A stretch of 64,000 nucleotides of DNA from Lama guanicoe (lineage: Eukaryota): contig MU057350.1 in the NCBI GenBank assembly GCA_013239625.1, positions 24,578,682-24,642,681 of the forward strand, in the 5' to 3' direction. Of this stretch, positions 1 through 13,963 are shown piece by piece; position 1 is the stretch's first letter, and the number at the start of each line of letters is the position of its first letter. The translations under genes were made by a program, and so were the position numbers. The notes below the pieces were generated by a model that was given only the letters and a program-made list of their open reading frames with translations, had not been told where the DNA came from and ran no database searches.

Positions 1-475
1 TGTTGGGTACTTTAAGTGTTTGAGTGTGATACTGACATTGGTCAGATAACATACAGCTCCCAGCTCCGGGCAGTTAGAGTGTTGATGTTAGATCATGCTA
101 CATCCTTTTTGCTGGTGCCATACTTAATGGTGATGGGACTTTGGCAATTACCGTGGTACAGAGCACTGTGAAAATCAGTGTGAAGCAAGAAATACGGATA
201 TTGTCGTCTGATCTGTACCCAATGCTTGATTAGTTTTGGAGTGCCCAACAGGCACACACAACCCATTAAGAAGTAGTCATGGTTAAGAATGAAGTATTTA
301 ATTTTACATTGATGTGTGTTATTTTTTGACTAATAAGTCATTAGGACATGTATACACAGTTTGGGGATTTCATTTAGTCAGTGGACCTACCATAGGTATT
401 TTTAGGCCTGGGGCACCATGAAAAATTTATCTAGTCAGGGAAGGTCCTGTGAACCAAGAAAGTGTGGGGACCTGG
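1..475 (+). mobile_element. hAT-Charlie DNA transposon 3' remnant
   Basis: 240-269 reads SAQQAHTTH*, like the Charlie/Buster transposase C-terminus; a Charlie-like terminus (aaagtgtggggacctg) lies near 470. Confidence 0.6.
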
Positions 476-1547
476 ATTGGAAAATGGTTTTTATTGTCAA
501 AATTTTTTTATCTACTTCTTCCTAGTTCAGTAGAGTCATATAAAGTAGAATGTTTGACAGTCTTTCTGGTTATTTAAATCTAACATCAAACTCTTCTTGT
601 CATTTTATCTTGAATATATTTATTACAATGTATTAGTTTATTGACTGCCTTCGTGAAAGTGATGAACACTTTCTTTGATTCAGAATCGCAGTGCCTCAGA
701 GTCTTTATCAGAACATTGTTGTGTAGCCATTAATGATTTAGGAACCTGGAAATATGTATATTGACCTCAAGACATAATTTTATAAGTTAATTAAAATGAT
801 GCATGCTTTATGTCTAATGATTTCTTATTTGTATCTTCATAAAAGCAAAGTATAGTAGATTATGTCAGGATAATAAAGGTTAATTGAAGGTTCTGACATT
901 TGCTCTTTAATTACTAGGTTTCCTATTGGAGAATTACGGTTTCATCTTGAAAGTTGAATTTTCTGACAGCTGTTTAGAAATACAGCTGTGCTATAAGTTG
1001 AAGTGGAAAACTACTTTGGTTAAAGCATTAATTGGCAATTTACTAAATCTTTTGAGGGACCTAACAGGTTGTTACAAGCATAACCCCCTTTCCACAAAAT
1101 ATTTCATCTTAAATATGAGTTATGCACTTCATAACGTTAATCTCCTTCATGCTTGAATGTTTTCACTAGAATCCGAAAAGCTAGGTGTAAGTTGGAAACG
1201 TCTCCATTTGTTTTGCTGAGGGAAGTGCCGTGATGTTTCTGCCTTGGCACTTGGTCCCCCTTCCTCCTGTGTCCTGCTCTCCTGTTCTCTGGAGAAGTCC
1301 CAGTGCCCCTCGTTCACTCTTGTCACAGCTCTGACCATGGTATTTCAGGTCTCTCTTTACCTGCCTGTCTTAACTTGACGCTGAAGTAGTTAAATGGAGG
1401 GTCATGTTTTTATTCATTTTTATCTAGCAAGCGCTTGGCCCACAGCACACGCTCAGACACGTTTGCTAAATGAATGGTCGAAGCCCATGTTGTCTCCCCT
1501 CATGCGTAACCATCTTTTCTCTCTCTTTGAACTCTTTCTTCATGCAG

Positions 1548-1712
1548 TGCCTTGACCATTTCTAATATTCAGGCTGGATCGACTGGAAATTGGGGCTGTC
1601 ACGTCCAGACCAAACGCGGGAACAATACCAGGACGGTCGATATTGTGGTCTTAGAAAGCTCTGCACAGTACTGTCCTCCTGAGAGGGTGGTAAATAATAA
1701 AGGGGATTTCAG
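1548..1712 (+). CDS. ADGRA3: ADGRA3 exon: end of Ig domain / start of HRM (ALTISNIQAGSTGNWGC…NNKGDFR)
   Basis: Polypyrimidine tract and cag|T acceptor; AG|gtcagt donor; 165 nt, phase 2-2; inside ORF 1552..1875. Confidence 0.93.
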
Positions 1713-1878
1713 GTCAGTGACATGGTGTGTGCTGAAAGGGGCTGATTGGCCCCACGTCTTTTTATTCTCAAAGGCATGGACATATATAGTTGGTCTCCTG
1801 TCCTCAGTAAGAGAATCTAAGAAATGTATGTTTATTCACATAGGTACCCTTATATATCTAAAGACTACCCTTTAGAAC

Positions 1879-2025
1879 AGTGATTTCAGGATCGTTTTGG
1901 AGATTAAAAATAAATACAGGTGCCTTAACTTGATCTCAGATCTGTTGATTCATGAGTCTCTGAAAATGAACCCAGAAGTGCAGACTTTTATCAAGTGATT
2001 TTGTTGTAAAAGTTAAGAACCACTA
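1879..2025. mobile_element. MER5A-like hAT-Charlie MITE, degraded
   Basis: cagtgatttc…aagttaagaaccacta termini. Confidence 0.5.
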
Positions 2026-3353
2026 CTTTGGGGAAACACTTTGGAAATTCTACTAAAACAGTGTGAAATTCAGACAGGCTAATGGCATTTCCTGTTTTTT
2101 CAAGGGCTTTTTTGGGTGACCTTTGGAAGGATTTGTAGTGCCAGTTCACTTTTCACCTTGGACAGTTGAGTAGACATCACACTTGGCAGAAACATGTCCA
2201 GTTTTCCTCCCCCATCTGGTTCTTCTGGTAGTTAAATAAGGGGACTTTGGGAAATGAGAGCTGTTGGGTGGCCTGAAAGTTGGGGAGCCATTGGTGCTGG
2301 ACACTGTTAAGATCAGCAGAATGAGTTAAATACTGTGAATTTTTTTTTTTTTTTTTAGTAGAGAGTTTAGAGTTTGTGAGAAGTAACGCCTTTTAGCATA
2401 GATTCCCCTTAAACTTCAAAGGTGCTGTTAAACACTATCTTTAAATATATTATTTACCTAAAGTTCTTTATGTTCAGAGTTTTAGTAATGAGTTAATAGT
2501 TGATATAAATGAAGGGAAATTGGTAGCTCTTTAAAGCAGTGGAAAGATTACGGGATGCCCAGTTTACACTGTCTGACTGGTGGTATTACTGCCTAGTAGC
2601 TCTAAGCCCAATAGTGCAGGATAAGAAAAAAAAAACCTTTGGTGTTCATCTTTCAAGTCCAAGGTGGAGAAGCAATAACAACTTTAGCTCAGCTAGTTCA
2701 TCATTGATTTTTTTTTTGTCTTTTGTCCTCTCCTTCTTCTTTTAAAAATTCTCCTTGATATGAGTCTATGGAAATCAATTTATTATTGCCAGTGGATAAG
2801 TCTTTTATGTGGATTAACTGTTAATCTATAATATTTTATTGTATACTTCAAAGTGAAATGAATAATTGTTCATTTTATTATGTTAACACCTTTATTAAAT
2901 AATCATAGTGTGTTTTTTGCTTATGGTGAACTTACTGTTTTCACTTGTAGTTTTGGGGTATTTTCTGTTTTTAAAAATAGAAGGAGAATCTGATTTATTT
3001 AACTGATGAATGAATTATTTATCTTTTGACTCTGCTTAAGATATTTTACAGTTAAACTTCCACTGCATTAATAAGGTTTAGTTTTGTGTTGCTTGATCTA
3101 TTTATATAGTTTTTGATAATGCATTCTATTTTCATGTGGCTGACACTATAATCTAGCAGTTCAAATGTTATGAGTCAGCTATAACTTTTATTAAATATGT
3201 TCATTTTCATTCCTAGTTTTGGAGAAATGGAACTAAAATTACAAAGATTTCTCCCAATCCAGTTAGTGCTGCTTCATCCAGCAGGTTGGCATTGTCACTT
3301 GCACAGTGACTGTACAATTTATCTGGGCTTCTCCCAGGTAAATTCAGTTGTAT

Positions 3354-3897
3354 GTGGTATTGGATGTGTGCAGGACCACCCCAAGTGCAGAGGCTCCTAA
3401 AAGGGCTCATGGGACTTAGCATATATTTGTAGTTACAGCAATATAGTAATATACATAGCTGGATCATAAGGGGAAAAGACACAGGTGGGTTCTGGAGAGA
3501 TCCAAGTTCAAGGTTCTTGATTGTGTCTCCCTCCCAAGAGGATCACACAGAGCCTGCTCCTTCTTCAGCCTTGAAAAGGCAGCAACCTCGATGGAGCATT
3601 TCTGCCTAGGGAAGCCCTTTGGAGACTCAGCACCCAAAGTTCTTACTGGGAGCTGTTCATACAGACATTCTTTGCCTACCTCGTATCAGCATTTCAGACC
3701 CCCAGGGGTAAAGCAGGTGTTCAGCATGAACCATATTGCTTGTCTAAACAGTCTCGATACAGTGACTCGCCCGTACCAGTTAACTGGGCACACCCCAAGT
3801 CCCAGATTCCTAGATGCCACTGAGGGGCCAGCATTGCAAGCAGGCCTCTGTAAGGATAGCCGCCTGGGACCTGCTGTGGTTAACTCTTTTCTGCACG
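3354..3897. mobile_element. MER21/MER77-like ERVL solo LTR
   Basis: Recognisable blocks (gaccaccccaag…, aagcaggtgttcagcatgaaccatattg, ttgcaagcaggcct…aaggatagc…gttaactcttttctgcac). Confidence 0.7.
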
Positions 3898-4329
3898 TAT
3901 AGTAACTCTGCTTCTGGAAAAGGCAAATTCTCCTTATATTGGACAAGGTTCTGACCTTATATGCCTAATGGTTACATAAGCCAGTAATATAGTAACAGGA
4001 GGTAGAAAGAGACACAAAACCATTTGTTGCACTGTTTTTTTTTTCCCCCACTGGATAAAGATACAATTTCCCTGTCAATTCATATTTAGAATAGATTATG
4101 AAAATATTCCATTAAGGTATTAAAATATACTCGGCTGATAGCTTAAAATGGCTTAGTCCATTTTAACTTTTTGAAAAATACTTTTGGCCTTTATTGTTAA
4201 AGGAGTTTGTTTCGTCTCCTTGGTTTTTCTCTGATTATGCGTGAGTGACGTGTCCTGACCCTTGCTTCTCCTCTGCTGTTACTGTGTCCGTGTGGGTTTC
4301 CTTATGCTCTCTTGTCGTCGTCCCTGTAG

Positions 4330-4531
4330 GTGGCCCCGGACGCTGGCAGGCATCACCGCGTATGTGCAGTGTGCGCGGAACAGCCACGGCAGTGGGATCT
4401 ATCCTGGGAACGCTCAGGACGAGAGGAAGGCCTGGCGCCGCTGCGACAGAGGGGGCTTTTGGGCAGATGACGACTATTCTCGCTGCCAGTACGCCAACGA
4501 CGTCACTAGAGTTCTTTACATGTTTAATCAG
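4330..4531 (+). CDS. ADGRA3: ADGRA3 exon: hormone-receptor motif (WPRTLAGITAYVQC…KAWRRCDRGGFW…LYMFNQ)
   Basis: ctgtag|G acceptor, CAG|gtaact donor, 202 nt; HRM Trp/Cys pattern; inside ORF 4262..4594. Confidence 0.95.
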
Positions 4532-5458
4532 GTAACTCGAACGTCTTCGGATCTGCTGAGGTTGCCAATAAGACATGGTATTCACATCAGATAAGATTTT
4601 TTTAATACTAGTTAAGCATGAGGATTTGGTGTTTATACTTCAGTTGACCGTGCCTTTGGGACCAGACCCGCTCTTTTTAACCAATATTCCAGGCCCTCTG
4701 TGGCATGACTCTTTCTTTCTAGTCACTGCCGGACTTTCTGTCTTTGAATAGTTTCATCATCTGTGTCCCAGACAAAATCCCAGCCATCCTTCAAGTGCAC
4801 TGGGGAAGCCTCCTCTTGGGTTTTGTTTTATAAGGGCTCTGTCACCAGTGATCCCTTGTTGTACTGTTCACGTGCCTTTTCTTATCTCTGCTTCTGTGTG
4901 TCTTCTTTAAACCCTAGATTATAAGCAGCTGGCAGGTGGTTTCTGTGTTACCCATCTTTGAATGCTTCTTTGCACCTGACACGCCCTTTTTGTAATGGTT
5001 GGTGCTGAGTCGTGTTTAAGTCAACATAGAAACAAATGTAAAACATTACTGGCACTGCATGGCAGTACAGATAAGTGGTAAAAAAGTGGTTCGTGTGGCA
5101 GAAGCTCCAGGGGCGATATTGATTCCTCCCAGCTGGAATATTCAGGGAAGGCGGTACTAAGGAATTGGAATTGAGTATGTCTAGAATTTGGATAGGTAGA
5201 GAGGAAGAGCCAGTGCAGTGTGTTTACCCTATGTGTTTTTATGTATTGTTATATTTCATTCCAAGTTAAAGAAAAATTCCTTCAGGTTAGTTTCCGGTAA
5301 ATTTCCCATTTTCTCAGTTCTGGAAAAGCATTTTGAGAAGGTCATGGTGAGTAAATGATGGAGTTTCCATTTCTTGCCATGTTTTGAAATGGAAGTAAGA
5401 TGTCCCAGTTTTGCCGATCACTTTGCCGAGTGCTTCTTTCTGCCTCTTTTGTACGTAG

Positions 5459-5614
5459 ATGCCCCTCAACCTCACCAATGCTGTGGCCACGGCCCGACAA
5501 CTACTGGCTTACACTGTGGAAGCAGCCAACTTTTCTGACAAGATGGATGTTATCTTTGTGGCTGAAATGATAGAAAAATTTGGAAGATTTACCAAAGAGG
5601 AAAAATCAAAAGAG
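5459..5614 (+). CDS. ADGRA3: ADGRA3 exon: start of GAIN subdomain A ([19 protein letters not shown]…EKSKE)
   Basis: cgtag|ATG acceptor, GAG|gtattt donor, 156 nt, phase 0-0. Confidence 0.94.
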
Positions 5615-8518
5615 GTATTTTCTGGTTCAGATTTGTGGCGCGGGGTTGGGGGGGGGTCAGTCGATGGTCACGTGAGGGTTGACTCTATGTTAAAAGCAGT
5701 TTGTGTTTGCTGTGTTTGAACTTAGTGTATCTTTTTATTTCCTAAGTTGTCATGAGAAGGAGACCTCTGCTCCGTCTAGTAGAGTGATTTGTTGTTGGGA
5801 GGAGTGGGGGTGAACTCTCAGTTCTCGGAGATTGTGATAAGGCAGAGCCAGCCCACGAGAATGTAACTTACTGCATCCATTTTTTTTTTTTCCAAATCGC
5901 ATTCATGCACATTTTTAGTTAAATTCTCCCAATACCCCAGGGTTCGCTCGCCCCTTCCCTCAGACTGCTTGGGACTTCTCTTCTGCACACTACCATATGC
6001 TCATCCTTCTTAATGAGAGTTTAGCCACCCAGATCTTATGTTCAATTACCTAATTGCTTTTGGAATGTCCTAGGGAAATAACTATTTTAGGAATTTTTAA
6101 AAAAAATTTCCAAATGATTAACATATATAAGTTACCAACATTTAGTGACTTCGACAAGGGGCCACATTAAATTCTGCTATGCTTATCCACGTGATACCCT
6201 TTAGGGGAAAACATTGACAACCACAGTTTTCAGAATGAATGAGGCAGCAAATAATGTTTTGAATAAGCTTTTCAGTGCAGATTACTGTGTTCTTATTAAA
6301 CTTTTAATTTTCAAGCTTTGTGAGAGCTTTATGTAGACAGTTTCCCTTGTGATAAAATCAGCTGCATAAAAATGAACTTTAGAAGTCAGAAGAAACCTAG
6401 ATCAGGTCTTAAACTGAAGCCCAAAGAGAGAATGAAGCGATTTAATCTAAGGTTATTCATTGGGTTAGTGGAGGGCTGAAAACAGAACCCGAGCACCTTG
6501 GGTGTCTAATCCAGAAGTTTTCTGCTCTATCACATTCACTTTCCAGCACAGTGTTGCCCGGTCATGGTTATTCCAAAAGTACTCAGTATGTAACTGGGGG
6601 AAAGACTGGATTAAACAAAGTCTAATATATTTCTTTATGTGAGACATCTCGGATACATTAATGTGCTAAAAGGTAAATAATATGCCTTGTTTTCCTAAAC
6701 CATTAAACCAAGGGATTTTTTTTTGTATAATATCTATTAATATCTTACATTTTGGTGATAAGTTTTAAAACTGCAGCCCTGTACATTAGGTACTTTACTT
6801 GATAAGATGTAGCTGTTGAAAGAAAGCAAATCAGCTGTGTGTATATACGTATGGGATTCAGGTCAGCAGAGCAGCTGATGATACCTGAACTTCAGACCAC
6901 AATTTCTAATGAACTGTCTTCCTGCTTGATTGTGTCTTTGGGCCACAGCCTGCTTCCCATGGTGAATTTTTCTAGCCCTGGGAGAGGCTGTCTGAATCCC
7001 GGCTGTGTGGTAATGCTGCTGTCCCTTGTTGATTTATAATCACAGGTTAGCTGCCCACATGATTAGGAGTCATTCAGGGAAGGTGGATGTTTCAGGTCAC
7101 TGGAGTAATTGGAATGACGTTTGGAATGTGGACACTGAAAAAGATTTTGCCACCATGTAATTCGTTTTTATTCCCATGCTGCTCTGTTTTGTGTGAGGGA
7201 CTTCTGCACACGTCTCGGCTTGGGAGGAGCAGTGTGGTGCCCAGAGGTGTGCGTTTCACCGTGTTTGCCACCATGTGGGAGGAGTGGTCTGCCGCTTTGG
7301 TATATTCTGAGGGGGGAGCATCTTGTTGAGGACTGGAAGTGGACATGGTTCATGAGTTATTAATCACGGGCTCTTTATCATTAAACTGGAGGATGATACT
7401 TGCCCTGTTGAACTTGCAAAGTTTGTGTGCACAAGTGAGAAAATAGAGATGAAACTGTTGCAGAATCATTGCAAAGCTAGGGTATACTGTTACAGGACTA
7501 GGAAATGTAACATTCTTACGATCTCAGAAGCTAAGAAAGAGGTCCTTAAAAAGAAAACAAAAAATCACCTGAGTAATTTAGTTACTAACCTAAAAACTTA
7601 GTTTGAAGGAGATTGTGGTCACTTTCACTGGCTGATATAGGAGATAAAGTTTTAATTATCTTTGGAAACAAATGATGGCAACTTATTAGGTATAAATTGG
7701 AGAAACAGAGGAAAATTATCTGGAATTGAACAATTGAGGTATAAATGGAGTATCACCTACGATGCAGTACTAGACATCTCTACTTCTTTGGAAACTTGGA
7801 CTGCAGGCTGTAGCTTTCACTGTTTATTGCTGTATCAAGACGTCTTGAGACTTAAGGGCTTCATTTTAAGTTAACTACCACTGCATAAAATTATGCTTAG
7901 GTATCCTAAAATGTGTATAGCTTAATTGGACAAATAATTAAATTGAGTTTTATTATGTCCAAAAAGTTACTCTGCTATGGATTTTTTTCATAACTAAGAT
8001 AACCTGTGATTGAATCGAGCCAACACAAGCTGGTACTCTGTTGTCTTAGGGTGGGTGCTGAAAGGCATCAAACTGCCAGATCTAAGTGATGTGTTTACCG
8101 GGGTCTTTAAAAAAAAAAGCTGAAGGTTGTTGGTCAGTCACCTTAAGTGTTGTTCCATGTTTGTGATAGTTCTCTTACGAAAACAATAGTCATATATCCA
8201 TTTCAGAAGATGAGAAAGTATATGAAGATTAGAGTTGGTTATGTATTCCAGTCTCCTTACTGTGCTTTGGTTTTAAACGTGTGAGTGAGGCATGCACCTT
8301 TCAGGCTAGTTTACTACATTGTTATCTACAGTGTTTTTTTTTTTTCTTTTTAATGTAAAATTCTTTTATTTGCTTGTTTTAAAACATAATGACTTCTGTA
8401 TTGACAGTTACATTTTTTATTTTCAGTATTCTTAATGTTTTTCTTCCTTGATCTTACTTGTCAGCTTATTGTTACGCTTTTTAAATACTCAGCTTCTGGT
8501 TATTGTATCCTTTCTAGA

Positions 8519-8698
8519 ACATGATTTTCTCAAACTTGTGTACATCAGGGTCACCCGGAAGTTTTGTTAGATTGATTGCCCGCCCTCCCATGTTTCGGAT
8601 TCTGTAGGTCTGTATTGGGGTCTGAGAATTTGCATTTCTGCCAAGTTCCAGGTGATAACTAGGCATCGTGTCTTTGGCACAGGCTTTGAGAACCACGG
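8519..8698. mobile_element. MER5A hAT-Charlie MITE
   Basis: ttctcaaactt…catcagggtcacc…gagaatttgcatttct…tttgagaaccac; about 180 bp. Confidence 0.8.
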
Positions 8699-11099
8699 TA
8701 GTATCTTCATTTTCTATCCTTATCTTGCTTTTTAAAAAAAGTTCTCTTTGGGTTTAACTTTTTAAAAACTTTTCAAAAAAAAATTTTTTTTAATTGGAAA
8801 ATTCCAAAAGCATAGGGGAAGCAATGTTACTAGTAATACCTGTGTTCCATCTTTCACCAGCCTTCAGCAGTTTTCAGTATTTCCCAGTCTTGTTTCATCT
8901 GTCCTGTCCTATTATTTCTTTTGTCTTCTGTCCCTCCCTCCTCCTCTCTCTTTCTGAATGTCTGTCTTTCTGTCTCTCTTTTTCAATGCTGGAACATTGA
9001 TTGAATAGCAAATTTTAGATGTCATATTTCATCTGTAATTTTTTTAAATTATGAGGAACTTTAAAATAGGTCCATGACACTGTTATATCACCCAAATGAG
9101 CTCTAAGTGCTTAATAACATAAAATACCTAGTCCATATGCAGTTTTCTTTGATTATAGTTTTTTCAAAAAATGTGGACCTTGAGTCTGGTTACCTTATGG
9201 AATTCATTCATATAATTTTGCAGTTGGTTATGTGGGATTTTCCAGACAGACAATTATGTCACCAGTAAATAACAGTTGGTTTGTTCCTGTGTGAAATATA
9301 TCCTTATTTCTTAGTTCTGCTTTGGGGAGGACCTGCAGAAGAACGTTGGTTAATGTTGGTGATGAAGGGTCTTTGTGAGCATGGTCTATTATGTCATCAA
9401 GAAATGTGATATTTATGTGCTTCTGCTAAGGGCTGAGGGACAATACCAGGGTAAGGGGGTCACTTTGAAATTAGTTCTCAGCCTGAGGTTTTCAGGGGTT
9501 TTTTTGTTTGTTTGTTTTTGGGTTTTTTGCTTTTCTGGTGATTAGAATTGCCAAGGGTACCCTCTGATGATTTGTGCTTGAAGACATAATGTGGGGAGGG
9601 GCCTAGAGCTCTTGGCTTTTCTCAAAAACTGCATGAATTACTTAAGATATTTGCCTTCTGATTTTTTTGCCCCGTAATTTACCATGAAGTGAGATATTTG
9701 GAGCACTTTCTCATAGAGTTCTTGGTCTCATTTTACAAGTGGGCAAACTGAGTCTTGGAGAAAATTATTTGCCATGGACATCTAACTTGTAAGGGAGGGG
9801 AGAAACCTTATCCCAGGTGTATTTAACTCCAGGGCACATAAGTATTCTGTCTGCAGTGTTGTATTATACTCCTATTACATTAAAATTAAATATCAAGTTT
9901 AATAGATGTATTATCTTGTGTATTTCATAGACACATCAGAAATTCATGAAATTTACAGATGATTTTGATCTAATTTTGACCTGAATTCCAAACATAAATA
10001 TTGAAAAGAACATGAAATATTCTGTCTCTTACAACAGATGACATTTAATGGTTTCATTGTTGTTAACGTGGTATTTTCGTTTCTTTCCTGTTTTATCTCG
10101 GATAAAGTGCATTCACATGTGTTTTCATTTGATCACTCAGCGTTCAGCGTGACTGATGCAGGAGCAGGTACATCACTCCTTGTGACCCTTCTGTGGCTGG
10201 ACTGGCCTTCAGGGTGTGCAGTCAGAGAGAAATACGGTGCTTCCTAAGGCTGGTTGCAGTTATTAAACCATATTTGTGTGTCAAATTTCAGGAATATGTT
10301 TTTAACCAGTGTAATTTTTCATGCACTGTTATCCTTTTTGTGTCTTTTTTTTTTTTTTTTTTTTTTTCCCCCTTGAGTGATTGTGGTGAAACAACTTCCG
10401 TAACCAGGCCACAGAAGCATGTAATATTTCACGATTACCTGCTCTAGGGAATATTTTGGCCAAAAATCCCTTTCCTTGGTTCTTAGCCATTTGTAATGAA
10501 ATAATGAGAAAAATAGCTTGTTCTCAGCTAAGGCAATCACTCTTGCTAGCTCTCTACCTTCTTAGAGACACTTCTTTTCTTTACGGTTATTAACACGTGA
10601 AATTCCATAACTGGCATTCTCTAGTGACCCATAGCAATAATTCTTTTATCAAAAAATAACCATAGTTTTTCAGCAGAGGTGATGTGTCAGTCAGGTCTCA
10701 TGTTGGGTCTTCATAAAGTCCGTACATGTAAAACTTCAAAAAATATTATGAAACTAGTTGTAACTGTGCTCATTTTTAAACACTTCATAAATATTTCAGT
10801 AGTGCCTTAGAGTAGAATCAGTATCTTCCTGTAGTTTATCTTTTAAGCTTTTTGCAACCAGTGGTCATCTCTTTTCTGATACCTTAGAACATGTCTTACT
10901 GCATCACTCTTTCACCTGTTTATTTTTGTACATAAACTTGAGATAACAATCAGTAAGAATAAGAGATGAAAATGTAACCAGGTGATTCCAGCTGCTCTGG
11001 ATTCCTGTTAAGAAGTGGCAGTCATTATTCTAGTTGGTGTCTAAGTGGCTGATTGACACCTTCAGGGGTCACTGCCTGCCTCCATAACTGAGAGGTAAC

Positions 11100-11619
11100 T
11101 GCTACCTAGTCCGAACTCGTTCTGCTCGCCACACCACAGGCCAGTAAATCGGGAGACGAGGTGTTGGGGCAAGGAATTGCGACTTTATTCGGAAAGCCGG
11201 CAGACCGAGAAGATGGCTGACTAATGTCCTAGAGAACCATCTGCCCCCCAGTTAGGATTCAGGCTCCTTTTATGCTACTAAAAAGGGGAGGGGCTGTGCT
11301 TGTTGGGCACTTCTTGGTGTCGGAATCCTTTGTTCTTGCAGCTGTCCACGTGGGTCGGGTAACGGTGTCCCTGTAAACCTCCAACAAAACAACTGTTGTT
11401 TTCTCCTCTGCAACTTTTTTCTTTATGTGAATGGGAAAATGTTAATGCCCTTAAAAGTCAGAGCCTTGAGAACGGGCTGTCCTGTGTATTTCAGGCTCTA
11501 GGCAACATTGTTTTACAAAAGGTTCAGAACCAACAAGACTAAGCCTGGGAAACAAAGCACAAGGTTACAGCCAAAGGAACAGATCTAATGTGGAGTCAGA
11601 TTTGTTCTTTTCTATCACC
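11100..11619 (-). mobile_element. ERV1 solo LTR, MER41-like artiodactyl family
   Basis: About 520 bp, starts TG, CpG-retaining; resembles the reverse strand of bovine MER41-type LTRs as recalled (gagacgaggtgttggggcaaggaa…gactttattcggaaagcc…gaccgagaagatgg). Confidence 0.65.
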
Positions 11620-13801
11620 TAAGGGCTTCTGTTAAAATGAAATTTACCCCCTTACCTATTTGTTTTTAGGAATGTGTTCCAGGGTGCTGATGTTTGCATG
11701 AATTGTGTCAAATGAGCAGACACAGGATTCTACGAAGTTTGATTATAGGCTCTTCCTAATTCTTTGTCAGTTGGTCTTGTTAATGTTTTGGGTTTGGGTG
11801 CAATGCCTCTTGAGAATATGTGAGTCTATTAAAATAGGGTGTTTGGATTAAATTCCATTATTATCTGTTATATATGACTTTTTTATTGCAGGTATCACAA
11901 CCTAGTCACTTTAAAGAAAAAAGTATTTACTTATTGGTTACATATTTTCTTTACTCAACACAAAGTCCAAATACGACCTTTTATGTTTTTTTCACTTGGG
12001 ACGGTGTCTGGCTCACCTTGGTTCTCAATAAATATTTAGTCAGTAAATAGATATTGTATAGCTGTTGGCTTTTATAGGAGGAGTTACACTAATGAATAAA
12101 GGTATGAGTATAAGTAGCATATTGTGCTGTCCCTGCCCACCATATGTTTACATTGGAGTTAAAATAAGGACAGAATTGTGACACACGATGGTGAGGGCAG
12201 TATGTAGCCAGTTAACTGTATTTTAATTGGATGAGGTGGTGCGGCTTGACAGAGGGGGAAGAGGCAGTTTTGCTGGATTCCTTGATCCTGTTTATATGTG
12301 AGATAAAGACTTTAAAAATGTACTCCTCTTAACACTTCTTTTAGAGCCTGTCATCCTCAAAGAAGGGCTTATTTTGGGATTGAAATGGTTTAAAAAAAAA
12401 AAGAAGTGGGGGGGAACAATAAAATAACGAAAAGAGCTATGCTTTGAGTGCCTGCCATGTTCAGGCATGGTTTCAGGAACCCTATAGTTATTAGTGCGAG
12501 CCAATTGTTGAAACATTCAGAAAAGACAGGGTGGTTATCATCCCCATTTTTGAAATAAAGGAAGATGCGAGGGTCCATGGCCACCGCTGCTTGTGGTCAG
12601 GATGTGCAGCTGTGTGTTTTCCCCTCACATCCTGTGGTTGCTTCACTCCACGGCTCCGGGGCTGGGATTTGGTGGATTTCCGCAGGCTTGTCTTCTTCCT
12701 GAAGAGAACCATGGGTGCAATGGACTGAACTTTTTCCAAACCCTCCTCAGCCCTCATAATTATACACCCTGGGTGGAAAAGCTCAGCCTGGATCCTCTGG
12801 GATGATCAAAAGGCATCTGCTGAAACAGCCTTGGCTCTCTGGCTGGGCTTTGGGGCTTTGATGCTTACTTCTTGGTTAGAGAACCAGCCAGCTTGTAAAT
12901 CCTCTGACTTAAAAGATGCCTCTGGAGTGCTTGTGTTCTTCCTGCCATGGCTCTCCCTCTCAGGAACAGCTTGCTCGATAGCAGACCCTCTCAACAACCA
13001 CATGTCTCATCAGCCTGGACTGTGGGCGCACTTCTCTGATACAGGACAGACAGGTCCCCATCAGCAGTGGCAAATCGACATTCCACTAGTGTTGCCTGAC
13101 AGATGTTTACATCTGTAAGTGATGAACTGAGCTACTGAAAAGAATTCAGTAAATGAGATAAATAAAAAGGTAGGGGGGAAAGTGAGCACTTCTTAGGGTC
13201 CATTTATTTCATGGTGCCGGGTCTTAGAGCATTCGTTGAGTTGGGAGGATGGGAGGAAGCTCATTCAAGGTAGAGGGAACTGTACGTACAGAGACACATG
13301 TGATGGCCCAGTGCGTACGGGGATCTCCCAGTACTTGGACGTGCCTAGGGATTTGACCATGATGGTGTACCGAAGAGGTAGCCAGTGCATATTTCTCAAT
13401 AATAATATTAAGTGAGACTTAGGCAAAAAGAAGTGTTTGTAAGTGTTTTTCCATCAGAGTTGAGATCTTTTTATGCTGGGAATCACGTGATGTCTCTTCC
13501 GTTCCCCTGATTCATATAATTGCCTCCCTCCATGCCCCCATCGGTTTGAGTACTACACGCCAGTCTTCTCACCTGTAATTTGGTGGTTACTTACATGCAC
13601 TGCTTTGAGCTAAATGTTACCAGCTGGTCGTAATTTGACTGTGCTCATCGTATCTGGAGATGTTTTAATGAAAAACAAGTCAAGTGCCTATTGGGTTTTC
13701 ATGGGAAAATTTAGACTGAAGGCCAATCCTGGTGGATTTTGTTGTAAAGCTGCCTGTGTTGGCTTTAAAGATCTTCCTTTTGTCTCCTGCACACCTGCCA
13801 G

Positions 13802-13963
13802 CTTGGTGACGTGATGGTTGACATCGCAAGTAACATCATGCTGGCTGATGAGCGCGTCCTGGGGCTGGCCCAGAGGGAGGCGAGGGCCTGCAGTAGGATC
13901 GTCCAGTGCCTACAGCGCATCGCCACGTACCGACTCGCTAATGGAGCTCATGTGTATTCAACA
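13802..13963 (+). CDS. ADGRA3: ADGRA3 exon: GAIN ([26 protein letters not shown]…AHVYST)
   Basis: ccag|CTT acceptor, ACA|gtaagt donor, 162 nt, phase 0-0. Confidence 0.94.
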
